Assembly (NCBI GenBank): GCA_965370045.1
Contig: CBDUSI010000002.1
Location: 5,207 to 69,206 of the forward strand
Length of the DNA: 64,000 bases
Source of the DNA: an uncultured bacterium
Lineage (GTDB): Bacteria > Planctomycetota > SZUA-567 > JAKLDR01
Direction of reading: 5' to 3'
Every line of letters starts with the position of its first letter. The first letter of the stretch is position 1. Below, in pieces: positions 29,102 to 38,081 of this stretch. The position numbers were made by a program, and so were the translations under genes. Below the pieces are notes generated by a model. The model saw only the letters and a list, made by a program, of their open reading frames with translations. It ran no database searches and had not been told where the DNA came from.

Positions 29102-31834
29102 ATGGCCGCGAAAGACACCAAGCAAGACAAAGGCGAGCCCGCGCGCACCGGAAGCACCAGGGCGCTGGTCTTCGGCTTCGTCGCCCTGGCCCTGGGGGCC
29201 TTCGCGACGGTCAGCATCTGCGATTACCACCCGGGCGACCCCAACCTCTTCCTGCCGGAGTACGCCGCCGAGGCGGGGGTCGGCAACCGCTGCGGGGCGG
29301 TGGGCGCCAACTTCGCCTATCACCTGGTCAGCACCTACGGGCTGGCCGGGTACGTGCTGCCGGTGCTGCTCTTCTTCTGGGGATTCCACGTGCTGGTCCG
29401 CAAGGAGCTGGCCGCGCCCTGGCGCAAGCTGGCCGGCGGGGCGCTCTTGCTGGTCGCCCTGAGCACCCTGGCCGGAGCCCTCTCCGCCGGCGGAGGCTGG
29501 CTGTACGAGAGGGTCGGCTCGCTCAACGTGCCCACCCCTTACGCGGGAGCCCCGCGTGCCGGCGGCCTGCTGGGTTACTTCGCGGCCAGCGGGCTGAGCG
29601 AGCCCTTCGGCCCGGTGGGCATCTACCTGATCGTGGCCGCCGTGGGCCTCCTGGCGCTGGTGCTGGCCGCCCAGCGTTCGGTGGAGTGGGCCCTGGTCGG
29701 AGTGGGTCACTCGGCAATGAGCGGCCTGCGCGTGCTGGGCGGGCGTCTGCGGCGCTCGCGCTCCGACGAAGAAGACCAGGACGGTGAAGAGAATGCGCCC
29801 CGCGCCCGGCGCGGCCGGGGCAGGGGCAAGGGCGGGCCCAGCGTGCGCGCCACCTTCGGCCAGTCCGAGGAGGACATGAAGCGGGCCCGTAACGCGGCTC
29901 CGCCGGCCGAGCAGGAGCCGGTCATCAGCATCGCCCGGGTTACCGAGCCGCCTCCCCCGCCGGAGAGCGATGAGGAAAGGAACCGGCGCGAGAAGCAGGA
30001 GATCGCGGCGATGGCCGCGCGGGCCTCGGGGAACAGGCCCGCGGTCAAGGCGGCTCCCGCGCCTCCCGTCGAGCCCGCCGCACCGCTTCCCCCGCCGGTG
30101 GTCAGGAACCACCAGGCCTCCGGGCCCGCTACGGCGTCGCCCCGCAAGCCGCGCAGGCCGGCGCGCAAGCCGGCGCCGGTGGAGAGCGCCCCGGCCAGGC
30201 CCGCCGCGGTGGACTACGGCGACTACAAGCTGCCCCAGGTCTCGCTCCTCGACAAGGTCGAGCACCAGACGCAGGTCACCAACGAGGTGCTCACCGGCCG
30301 GGGCCAGGTGCTGGCCGACACCCTCAAGGAGTTCAAGATCGTCACCCGCCTGGTCTCCATCGACCGCGGCCCGGCGGTGACCATATACGAGCTGGAGCTG
30401 GCCGCCGGCGTCCGGGTGCAGCGGGTGATTGAACTGGCCGACAACCTGGCCATGGCCATGTGCGCTCCCAACGTGCGGATCATCGCTCCCATCCCCGGGC
30501 GCGACTCCATCGGCATCGAGGTGCCCAACACCGAGCGCGAGGTAGTCCGCCTCCGGCCGCTCCTGGAGTCGAAGAACTTCAAGTCGAAGACCCGGGACAT
30601 GGTCATACCCTTTATCATCGGGCGGGATGCGGCCGGGGAGATACTGGTCGAGGACCTGGCGCGCATGCCCCACCTGCTGGTCGCCGGAGCCACCGGCAGC
30701 GGCAAGTCAGTGTGCCTCAACTCGTTCATCAGCACCATGCTGATGGCCCGCAGCCCCGAGCAGGTCAAGCTGCTGCTGGTCGACCCCAAGATGGTGGAGA
30801 TGAGCCAGTACAAGGGCATCCCCCACCTGATCACCCCGGTGATAACCGACATGAAGCGCGCCGCGGGGGTCTTCGAGTGGGCCACCAAGAAGATGGACGG
30901 GCGCTACGAGATGCTCAACACCACCGGCGTGCGGGACATCGCCCGCTACAACAAGCTGGGGGCCGCCGAGCGCCTGGCGCGCGCGGAGGCCGCCGACGTC
31001 GAGGACCCCGAGCGCTTCAGCGCGCACATGCCCTACCTGGTGATCATCGTCGACGAGCTGGCCGACCTGATGATGCTGGCCTCCAAGGAAATCGAGCGTT
31101 CCATCACCCGCCTGGCCCAGAAGTCCCGCGGGGTGGGCATCCACATCATCCTGGCCACCCAGCGGCCCAGCGTGGACGTGGTCACCGGGCTGATCAAGAC
31201 CAACATGCCCGCGCGCATCGCCTTCCAGGTCGCCAGCAAGGTCGACAGCCGCACGATCATCGACCAGAACGGCGCCGAGAAGCTCATGGGCATGGGCGAC
31301 ATGCTCTACCTGCCGCCCACCACCAGCCAGCTGGTCCGCGCCAAGGGCACCTTCGTTTCCGACGACGAAGTTGTCCGCCTCGTGGCCCACTCCAAGAAAC
31401 AGGCGCCGCCCGACTTCGTGCCGGAGCTCGAAAACATAACCGCCGGCGGCGGCGCGAACGGCGGAGCCGGCGGGGGCCTCTCCGACGAGCTCTTCGAGGA
31501 GGCCGTCCGCGTGGTGCTGGAGACCCGCCGCGGATCGGTCTCGCTGCTTCAGCGCCGCCTGGGCGTGGGCTACACCCGCGCGGCCAAGCTCATCGACATG
31601 ATGGCCGAGCGCGATATCTTGGGGCCCTACCGCGGCTCCAAGCCCCGGGAGATACTCATCAGCCTGGAGGAGTGGGAATCCGGCTCCTTCATCGGCGGAC
31701 CGGTGGCCGCCCAGCGCGAGGACGAGCGCACGCCCCAGGACATTCCCGACGCCGAGGACTACAACGAGGCCGAGGACTACCCGGAGGCCGCGGAGCAGGC
31801 CGAGCCGGCTACCAGCATCAGCAGCCGGAGCTAG
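29102..31834 (+). CDS. ftsK: DNA translocase FtsK
   Basis: 4-TM N-terminus; PHLLVAGATGSGKS, IVDELADLMM and LATQRPS motifs; gamma domain SLLQRRL.VGY.RAA. Confidence 0.96.
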   Translation: MAAKDTKQDKGEPARTGSTRALVFGFVALALGAFATVSICDYHPGDPNLFLPEYAAEAGVGNRCGAVGANFAYHLVSTYGLAGYVLPVLLFFWGFHVLVRKELAAPWRKLAGGALLLVALSTLAGALSAGGGWLYERVGSLNVPTPYAGAPRAGGLLGYFAASGLSEPFGPVGIYLIVAAVGLLALVLAAQRSVEWALVGVGHSAMSGLRVLGGRLRRSRSDEEDQDGEENAPRARRGRGRGKGGPSVRATFGQSEEDMKRARNAAPPAEQEPVISIARVTEPPPPPESDEERNRREKQEIAAMAARASGNRPAVKAAPAPPVEPAAPLPPPVVRNHQASGPATASPRKPRRPARKPAPVESAPARPAAVDYGDYKLPQVSLLDKVEHQTQVTNEVLTGRGQVLADTLKEFKIVTRLVSIDRGPAVTIYELELAAGVRVQRVIELADNLAMAMCAPNVRIIAPIPGRDSIGIEVPNTEREVVRLRPLLESKNFKSKTRDMVIPFIIGRDAAGEILVEDLARMPHLLVAGATGSGKSVCLNSFISTMLMARSPEQVKLLLVDPKMVEMSQYKGIPHLITPVITDMKRAAGVFEWATKKMDGRYEMLNTTGVRDIARYNKLGAAERLARAEAADVEDPERFSAHMPYLVIIVDELADLMMLASKEIERSITRLAQKSRGVGIHIILATQRPSVDVVTGLIKTNMPARIAFQVASKVDSRTIIDQNGAEKLMGMGDMLYLPPTTSQLVRAKGTFVSDDEVVRLVAHSKKQAPPDFVPELENITAGGGANGGAGGGLSDELFEEAVRVVLETRRGSVSLLQRRLGVGYTRAAKLIDMMAERDILGPYRGSKPREILISLEEWESGSFIGGPVAAQREDERTPQDIPDAEDYNEAEDYPEAAEQAEPATSISSRS

Positions 31835-31901
31835 TTGCCCTTAGACTGTAGGCTGTAGTCCGTAGGCCCTGGTTTCCTCACCTCTCCTTCAGCCTACCCT
31901 T

Positions 31902-32088
31902 CCCAAACGATCTCTTTTGACCTCGTGTCAAACCGTCGGGGTTCCGCCCTCCCTGGCGTGGTTCTGGCAAGTGAATTGCCGCTCGTCGGGCACCTGAAGG
32001 TGCCGCTCTGAGCGACAACGCCCTTTTGTCATGACCTGCGCTCCTGAAAGCCCGTGGCTTATGACGCTTCGTCGCTTTTTTCTTCGCG
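31902..32088 (-). ncRNA. Structured repeat element, gene-linked copy (overlaps the last ~10 codons and the 3' UTR of the HTH gene)
   Basis: The reverse complement aligns with 8916-9107; stem ttcgcc/ggcgaa is replaced by tttgac/gtcaaa (two compensatory pairs). Confidence 0.65.
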
Positions 32089-32685
32089 TAACCGCCTCGC
32101 TTCTAATGGGTCAATTAGCCGGCCGTCTTCGTCGGTCATCTCGTCTACGGCCGCGCGGGCCAGGGCGATGATGTCGCTGTTTCCTCCATTCCCGCCGTAC
32201 TGCTTGCTGTAGGCTTTCTGCCAGAGCGAGGGTTCGGAGTCGTCGCGCATGCGCCTCTCTACATCATGGCGGTATTCGGCCAGGGTCATTTCGGCTTCCT
32301 TGAGCTGCCGCCAGCTTTCGGCGTCCTTCTGGCGCTCTACGACTTTCTCGGCCAGGATGTCGTTGCGGTCGCGGAGGACGGCGCTGCGCTCCTTGCCGCG
32401 CTGGTCACCGAGCAAAGCCTGCGCCGCGCGCAGGGCCACGCGCTCGTTCTCGCTCTGCAACAACTCTTCGAGCTTGGCGCGGGCCATTGAGGCCGCCTCC
32501 AACGAGGCGCGGTGCTGGGCCTCCTCGAACAGCCGCCAGTAGACCGCGCCGTGCGCGCGGGTGATCTCCCGCAGCCGGGCCCGGTCTACGTCCAGCTCGC
32601 CGGCGATATCCTTCCACGACTTGCCGTGTGCGCGAAGCAAGGCGATCTCGGTCAACAGGGTGAACTCTTCTTGGGACTCATGCAT
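32059..32685 (-). CDS. Orphan HTH protein resembling terminase-small-subunit-like proteins
   Basis: N-terminal HTH (GKSWKDIAGELDVDRARL); LEELLQSENERVALRAAQALL helix; coiled coil; AAAGGAG RBS. Confidence 0.7.
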   Translation of the reverse strand: MHESQEEFTLLTEIALLRAHGKSWKDIAGELDVDRARLREITRAHGAVYWRLFEEAQHRASLEAASMARAKLEELLQSENERVALRAAQALLGDQRGKERSAVLRDRNDILAEKVVERQKDAESWRQLKEAEMTLAEYRHDVERRMRDDSEPSLWQKAYSKQYGGNGGNSDIIALARAAVDEMTDEDGRLIDPLEARRLREEKSDEAS

Positions 32686-32738
32686 GGCGCTCTCCTTTCA
32701 AATAGCCCTTCGGGCCGCAAGTGGTCAGTGTATACTCT

Positions 32739-32767
32739 ATTATAGCGCGAACACACCAGAATGTCAA
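32739..32767 (-). promoter_or_regulatory. Perfect-consensus sigma70 promoter of the HTH gene
   Basis: Minus strand TTGACA-N17-TATAAT. Confidence 0.8.
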
Positions 32768-33109
32768 GCAGAATTACCAGAAAACTGCGCCGAGCGGGCT
32801 ATGATGCGTAATAGGCTGATATATAAGGTGATACGCGAGGCAATATTGAACAGCACGTCCGGACTCCGGACTCCAGACTAAGTATCCGGAGGCTGCGTAC
32901 AGGTCGCGCCAAACGGGAAGGGGGGGGGATCGTAAACCGCCAAGATGCCAAGCGCACCAGCCGGCCGCTGACAACTGAGGTTGCCCTTGACGCCCGCGCT
33001 TGGTGGGACCATACTGAGTGGAGGAGGATCGGGCGCACTTGTGGGGGCTCCGAGGACCGGGGCGGGAAATCTAATGTTCTGTTTTCAGAATAGCGCCTCG
33101 CTGCCGGGT

Positions 33110-33154
33110 AGCACCGAGAAGCACCGAGGAGCACCGAGGAGCACCGAGGAGCAC
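33110..33154 (+). repeat. 10-nt tandem repeat (agcaccgagg, about 4.5 units)
   Basis: agcaccgaga agcaccgagg agcaccgagg agcaccgagg agcac. Confidence 0.85.
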
Positions 33155-33234
33155 TTCGGTGCAGGACAGCCCTGCCGATTCTAACGACCCACGCGCCGCA
33201 TCAGATCCGCTGGACGACGCCTTAGGAGACTGCG

Positions 33235-35898
33235 GTGGGCAAGCGCAATCTGTTCTGTAAGGCCGGAGATCTTCATAACGAAGCCGATGTAGAGCAGATA
33301 TTTGTCCGTCGGTTCCTTGAGCACCTAGGTTACAGCGACAAGCAGATTCGCCCGAAGGATTCGTTGACCAAGTTGACGGTAGGCGGCTTCCATCAACCTG
33401 AAGCCAAGTATCGGCCAGACTTCGCAATCAAGGTGGGACCCGAAGTAAGGTGGATTGTGGAGGCCAAGGCCCCTGACGAAAAGCTGGACAAACACGTTTG
33501 GCAGCCTCGGTCGTACTGTAACCTCCTCAATGGGCAGTACCGCAACAGAAATCCCGTAGGCTACTTCGTCCTAACGAATGGTCTCCACACGCGCCTTTAC
33601 CAAGGGGACTTCAACAAACCCGTGGCTTGCGTGACGCTTTCCGAAGTTGTGACATCGAACGCCAAGTTCAAGAAACTGAGTTCGCTTCTCGATCCGAAGG
33701 CCTTCAAGGTGGCCAAAGCAGTTCCCGCTTCAGACATGCATATCCTGCAAAAGCAGCCGTTGGAGGACGTGACCGCAGCTTTCGCTTGGTGCCATCAGGA
33801 GATATACCGAAAAGACAATATCAGTCAAGCAGCTGCTTTTACAGCATTCGTAAAAGTCGTGTTCCTGAAGCTTCTATCTGATCGCAATATCCGTGACAAG
33901 CACCCGGGCATAATTGCGGAGCAGAGCATAGAAGTGCCGGCTGACGATGTGGACTTTTCCTCACGATGGCTCCGCGCCCAGGAGAAGCATACTCCTAATC
34001 CGCTTGATTCAATCCAATTCAGGAACTTCATCAAAGCAATGGAGCAGGAGATTGCCAATAGAAAACGGAAACGCATCTTTGATCCAGACGAGATAATTGA
34101 CCTGAGCCCAGAGACCATTCGAAGCGTGGTAGCAAGAATCGAGCACCTGTATCTCTTTGGCATTGATGCAGACCTCAACGGCCGGCTATTCGAAACCTTT
34201 CTAAATGCGACCATGCGCGGCAAAGACTTAGGACAGTACTTCACACCCAGAAGTATTGTGCTATTGGGAACTCGGATAGCAAACATCCAGGTGGATGCAC
34301 CTGTTGCAGGAGGAGGATGTCATACGGACATAGTTATTGACGCGTGTTGCGGAACAGGGGGGTTCTTGATTGAGGCGTTGGCTTACATGTGGGACAAGAT
34401 CAACCTAAACCCCTCGCTAGAAAAGGGCGAGAAGCGGAAGCGCTGCAAACGCGTGGCCACTCAGCACATCTACGGCGTTGATGTCGGCCGCAAACCACCC
34501 GTGGCGAGAATCGCTCGCATGAATATGTACCTGCACGGTGATGGGGGTGGAAGCATATTCCAGACTGATGCGCTAGACAAGGAACTTCGTGACGGAAAGA
34601 CCGACGCACCAGAGCTGATAGCAGAAAGAGCGCAGCTCCGCAAACTCATTGGCCAAGGGGGGTTCGCTAACGTAGTACTTACGAACCCACCGTTCGCCAA
34701 GAAATACGAGCGAAAGACTCCAAGTGAGAGGCGCGTTCTGGACGGGTACGAGATTGCGACTTGCTCAGGGAAGAGGCTGCCAAGTCTCAAGTCCAACCTA
34801 ATGTTTGTGGAGCGCTACCACGACATCTTGGTCGTTGGTGGAAGGCTTGTGACCGTCATAGACGATGGAATCTTGAGTGGTAGAAACTACGCGCGGTTCA
34901 GGGAGTTTCTGCGCAGCAAGTACCTCGTCAAGGCTGTTGTTTCGTTGCCCGGCGATGCTTTTCAGCGCTCCAAAGCCCGCGTGAAGACATCGCTCCTGGT
35001 GTTGGAGAAGCGAGATCCCGCGAGTCAACAGGAGCAACCATCTGTCTTCATGTATGGTTGTGAGTACGTCGGCATCGATGATCCAGCCAGACAACGGTCA
35101 TTGCCAATAGATAAGGAAAACCGACGCAAGGCAGGCCTAGAAATTGATGCCGTCGCCGGGCTCTACGCGGACTTTCTGGCCGGGAACCCCGATGCATCGC
35201 ATCTCGTTTCCTCGGAGAAGATTCAGGATCGGCTGGATGTGAAGTCATGCCTTATGACGCCAGGGCGGATGGTCAGTGCTTGGAAGAACAACGGCATCAG
35301 CGTAGTAACGCTCTCTGAGCTTGCGGAGCCAGTTGAGTTCGAAGAGGACAAGATAATCGAAACGAAGAGCACCGATGACTTGGTTACATGTCTCAGGGTT
35401 ACGTACGAGGGTTTTGCTGAGAAGGGCGACGAGATATGTTCTTCTGATACTACGTATAGCCGGCTGTATCGCGTAGACCCGGGGCAGATTGTCGTCTCAA
35501 ACATCGCAGCTCATTACGGTAGTACCGCCATCGTCCCGCAAGAAATGGAGGGTTGCGTCGTAAGCTCGGAGTGCACGGTACTCCGCCCCAGACCCGGTGT
35601 GGATGTTCGCGTTCTTTGGCTCCTGCTCAGGTCACCAGAGGCCAGAGCGGATATGCTCCTTCGGGCTACGGGCGCTAATCGCACCAGAGTTAGCTGGGAC
35701 ACGCTCAAGGGCCTCCAACTTCCGCGCCCGCCGCAGAGCTTGGTAAAGCAAGTTGCCACAGCAGTTGATGAAGCAGAAGAGGCCCAGCAGGTTGCGACAA
35801 AGCGTCTCCGTGAAGGCCGGGAGATGCTGGAAGGCAAGCTACAACTGGATGGTAGCGAAGCGCAGTCCATCTTGCGGGCTTTCAAGCCGCCGAAGTAG
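33235..35898 (+). CDS. Type IIG-like restriction-modification protein (PD-(D/E)XK nuclease + N6-adenine methyltransferase + TRD)
   Basis: NEADVE...RPDF...VEAK nuclease; LGQYFTPR, DACCGTGGFL and NPPF methyltransferase motifs; C-terminal specificity-domain-like region; visibly lower GC. Confidence 0.88.
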   Translation: MGKRNLFCKAGDLHNEADVEQIFVRRFLEHLGYSDKQIRPKDSLTKLTVGGFHQPEAKYRPDFAIKVGPEVRWIVEAKAPDEKLDKHVWQPRSYCNLLNGQYRNRNPVGYFVLTNGLHTRLYQGDFNKPVACVTLSEVVTSNAKFKKLSSLLDPKAFKVAKAVPASDMHILQKQPLEDVTAAFAWCHQEIYRKDNISQAAAFTAFVKVVFLKLLSDRNIRDKHPGIIAEQSIEVPADDVDFSSRWLRAQEKHTPNPLDSIQFRNFIKAMEQEIANRKRKRIFDPDEIIDLSPETIRSVVARIEHLYLFGIDADLNGRLFETFLNATMRGKDLGQYFTPRSIVLLGTRIANIQVDAPVAGGGCHTDIVIDACCGTGGFLIEALAYMWDKINLNPSLEKGEKRKRCKRVATQHIYGVDVGRKPPVARIARMNMYLHGDGGGSIFQTDALDKELRDGKTDAPELIAERAQLRKLIGQGGFANVVLTNPPFAKKYERKTPSERRVLDGYEIATCSGKRLPSLKSNLMFVERYHDILVVGGRLVTVIDDGILSGRNYARFREFLRSKYLVKAVVSLPGDAFQRSKARVKTSLLVLEKRDPASQQEQPSVFMYGCEYVGIDDPARQRSLPIDKENRRKAGLEIDAVAGLYADFLAGNPDASHLVSSEKIQDRLDVKSCLMTPGRMVSAWKNNGISVVTLSELAEPVEFEEDKIIETKSTDDLVTCLRVTYEGFAEKGDEICSSDTTYSRLYRVDPGQIVVSNIAAHYGSTAIVPQEMEGCVVSSECTVLRPRPGVDVRVLWLLLRSPEARADMLLRATGANRTRVSWDTLKGLQLPRPPQSLVKQVATAVDEAEEAQQVATKRLREGREMLEGKLQLDGSEAQSILRAFKPPK

Positions 35899-36045
35899 GA
35901 TTTAGGCCCCCAAACCCGCCTTCCGCCCGCGGGGTCAGGCCTCCTCCGTTTCCCCTTGACGGCCTCCCGGGGGACGAGTAGTATTCCGGTGTTCGCCGAG
36001 GCCGGGATACGGGGATTACGGGCCTCGTGCAGGGGAGGATCAGTC

Positions 36046-36426
36046 ATGGCCGTCGTCATGCGCGGGACCTGCTCGGAGTGCTACCAGACCATGGATTTGT
36101 TTCTCACCGACAAGCAGAAAGAGATTGTCTGCCCGGTCTGCGGGCACGCCGTTCCGTCCCTGGACAGCAAGACCATGCAGGCCATCGCCAAGGACCAGGC
36201 CAAGCGGCGCGTGTTCACGGTGGTGGCCTTCCTCCTGTTCCTCCTCGCCGTGGGCCTGTTCGTCGGCTTCATCGACAGGGCCGAGCCGGCGGTCATGGGC
36301 GATACCTGGGCGAACGGCCTGCCGGGCATCGCCAAGGGCCTGCTTGGCGGGTCGGTTGGCGTGCTGCTCGTCTCGCTCATCGTGGGCTTCGTGGCGTCCA
36401 ACCGCAGCTACGTCTGCGAGTTCTGA
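36046..36426 (+). CDS. Small zinc-ribbon membrane protein
   Basis: CSEC...CPVC followed by two TMs; GGAGG RBS; TTGACG-N16-TAGTAT upstream at 35956. Confidence 0.7.
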   Translation: MAVVMRGTCSECYQTMDLFLTDKQKEIVCPVCGHAVPSLDSKTMQAIAKDQAKRRVFTVVAFLLFLLAVGLFVGFIDRAEPAVMGDTWANGLPGIAKGLLGGSVGVLLVSLIVGFVASNRSYVCEF

Positions 36427-36563
36427 GCCCCGACCTCACGGCACACCGCTGTTTCCGAACGACCAACGCCAATCTATTGGTGTCTGGAGCGATGCGCTTG
36501 ACCGCTCCCGTCCGACTGCTACACTCCCGCGCGTGAAGCCTTCCGCACAGTAAGGAGCCCGCA

Positions 36564-38003
36564 GTGGCCAAGAAAACCGCGCGCAAGCGGCGCATCCAGG
36601 ACCGCAACGCCAGTATCTGGGTCGCGCCGGGGGACATCGACGTTGAATTAGAGCAGTGCCAGGACGAGGGCAAGCGCCTCGGCAAGCTCAAGGCCCAGGG
36701 CCTGGCGCTCAAGAAGAGGCTGGGCACCGCGGCGGAGTTCGGCCCCGACGCCGCCAAATCCCGCAGCAAGAAGAAGCGGGCCAGCAGCCTGGAGGTGCAG
36801 CTCGAGGCCCGCCAGTGGCTGGGCAAGACCATGAACCTCAAGGAGCACGGTCCCTACGCCGGAGAAGAGCCCTCCGACCTCGCCGGGATTCGCGAGCTGC
36901 GCCCCGCCGCGCCGCGCGTCCTGGGCGGCAAGTTCTCCCCGCGCCGCGCCTTTGACCGCATTTACGGCGCCTGGCTGGGCCGCTGCTGCGGGTGCTACCT
37001 CGGCAAGCCGGTGGAGGGCGCCTCCCGCGCGGACATCCACGCGATTCTCAAGTACCAGAAGCGCTTCCCGCTGAACGACTACTTCACCCGCCCGGCGCCG
37101 CCCAAGATCAGAAAAAAGGGCGGCAAGTGGGCGGTCTTCCCCACCACCTACAAGAAGCGCTGCATGATCGAGGACGACGACACCAACTACACCACCATCG
37201 CCCTGGCGGTAATGAAGAAGTACGGCCTGGACTTCACGCCGGTGGACGTGGCCGAGTTCTGGCTGGGCAACATGGCCTTGCTGCACACCTTCACCGCCGA
37301 GCGCGTCGCTTACCGTAACTTCAGCTGGGGCATCAACCCGCCGGAGTCCGCGGTGGTGGCCAACCCCTACCGCGAGTGGATCGGCGCGCAGATCCGCGCG
37401 GACGCCTTCGGCTACGTGGCGATCTCCCGACCTGAAAAGGCCGCGGAGCTGGCCTGGCGCGACGCCTGCATCAGCCACGTGAAGAACGGCATCTACGGGG
37501 AAATGTGGACAGCGGCCTGCCTGGCCTGGGCCTACGAGCTCGAAGACCCGCGCGCGGTGGTCATGGCCGGGCTGAACGAGATACCCCTGCGCTCGAGGCT
37601 GGCCGACGCGGTGCGGCACATCGTCCAGCTCTACGACAACGGCCTGTCCTCCGACGCGGCGCTCCGCGACATACACAGCCGCTGGAACGAGAAGCGCCGC
37701 CACCACTGGGTGCACACCATCAGCAACGCGGAGATAGTGGTCTACGCGCTGCTCTGGGGCGAGCGCGACTTCGGCCGGACGCTGTGCCTGTCGGTCGACG
37801 CGGCCTTCGACACCGACTGCAACGGGGCCACCGCGGGAAGCATCCTGGGCATGATGCTGGGAGCGAAGAAACTGCCCGCCAAGTGGACCCGCCAGCTCAA
37901 CGACACGCTGGAGACCGGCGTGGCCGGCTACTACCGGGTGAAGATCTCGGACATGGCCCGGTGGACCGTCGAGCTCGCCCGGCAGCTGGCCAAACGCAAG
38001 TAG
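36564..38003 (+). CDS. ADP-ribosylglycohydrolase family protein
   Basis: GAWLGR..GC.LGKPVEG, EDDDTNYT, EWIGAQIRAD and DTDCNGATAGS motifs. Confidence 0.9.
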   Translation: MAKKTARKRRIQDRNASIWVAPGDIDVELEQCQDEGKRLGKLKAQGLALKKRLGTAAEFGPDAAKSRSKKKRASSLEVQLEARQWLGKTMNLKEHGPYAGEEPSDLAGIRELRPAAPRVLGGKFSPRRAFDRIYGAWLGRCCGCYLGKPVEGASRADIHAILKYQKRFPLNDYFTRPAPPKIRKKGGKWAVFPTTYKKRCMIEDDDTNYTTIALAVMKKYGLDFTPVDVAEFWLGNMALLHTFTAERVAYRNFSWGINPPESAVVANPYREWIGAQIRADAFGYVAISRPEKAAELAWRDACISHVKNGIYGEMWTAACLAWAYELEDPRAVVMAGLNEIPLRSRLADAVRHIVQLYDNGLSSDAALRDIHSRWNEKRRHHWVHTISNAEIVVYALLWGERDFGRTLCLSVDAAFDTDCNGATAGSILGMMLGAKKLPAKWTRQLNDTLETGVAGYYRVKISDMARWTVELARQLAKRK

Positions 38004-38020
38004 TCCCCAGCGCGCAATAG

Positions 38021-38052
38021 AAAAGCGGGGGACGCCTTCCGGCGCCCCCCGT
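38021..38052 (-). terminator. Intrinsic terminator between convergent genes
   Basis: GC stem-loop cggggg.cgcc-ttcc-ggcg.cccccg with a T-tract on the minus strand. Confidence 0.55.
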
Positions 38053-38081
38053 ACCCCACGGAGCGAGGTTGGGAGTTCTCG

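Noticed and set aside
32059-32685. Prophage interpretation of the terminase-small-like gene
   Set aside because: No large terminase, portal, capsid or integrase gene is nearby.
32917-32929. Poly-G tract as a phase-variation switch
   Set aside because: It is intergenic and outside the identified promoter spacer and any supported ORF; G-runs are common in this high-GC DNA.
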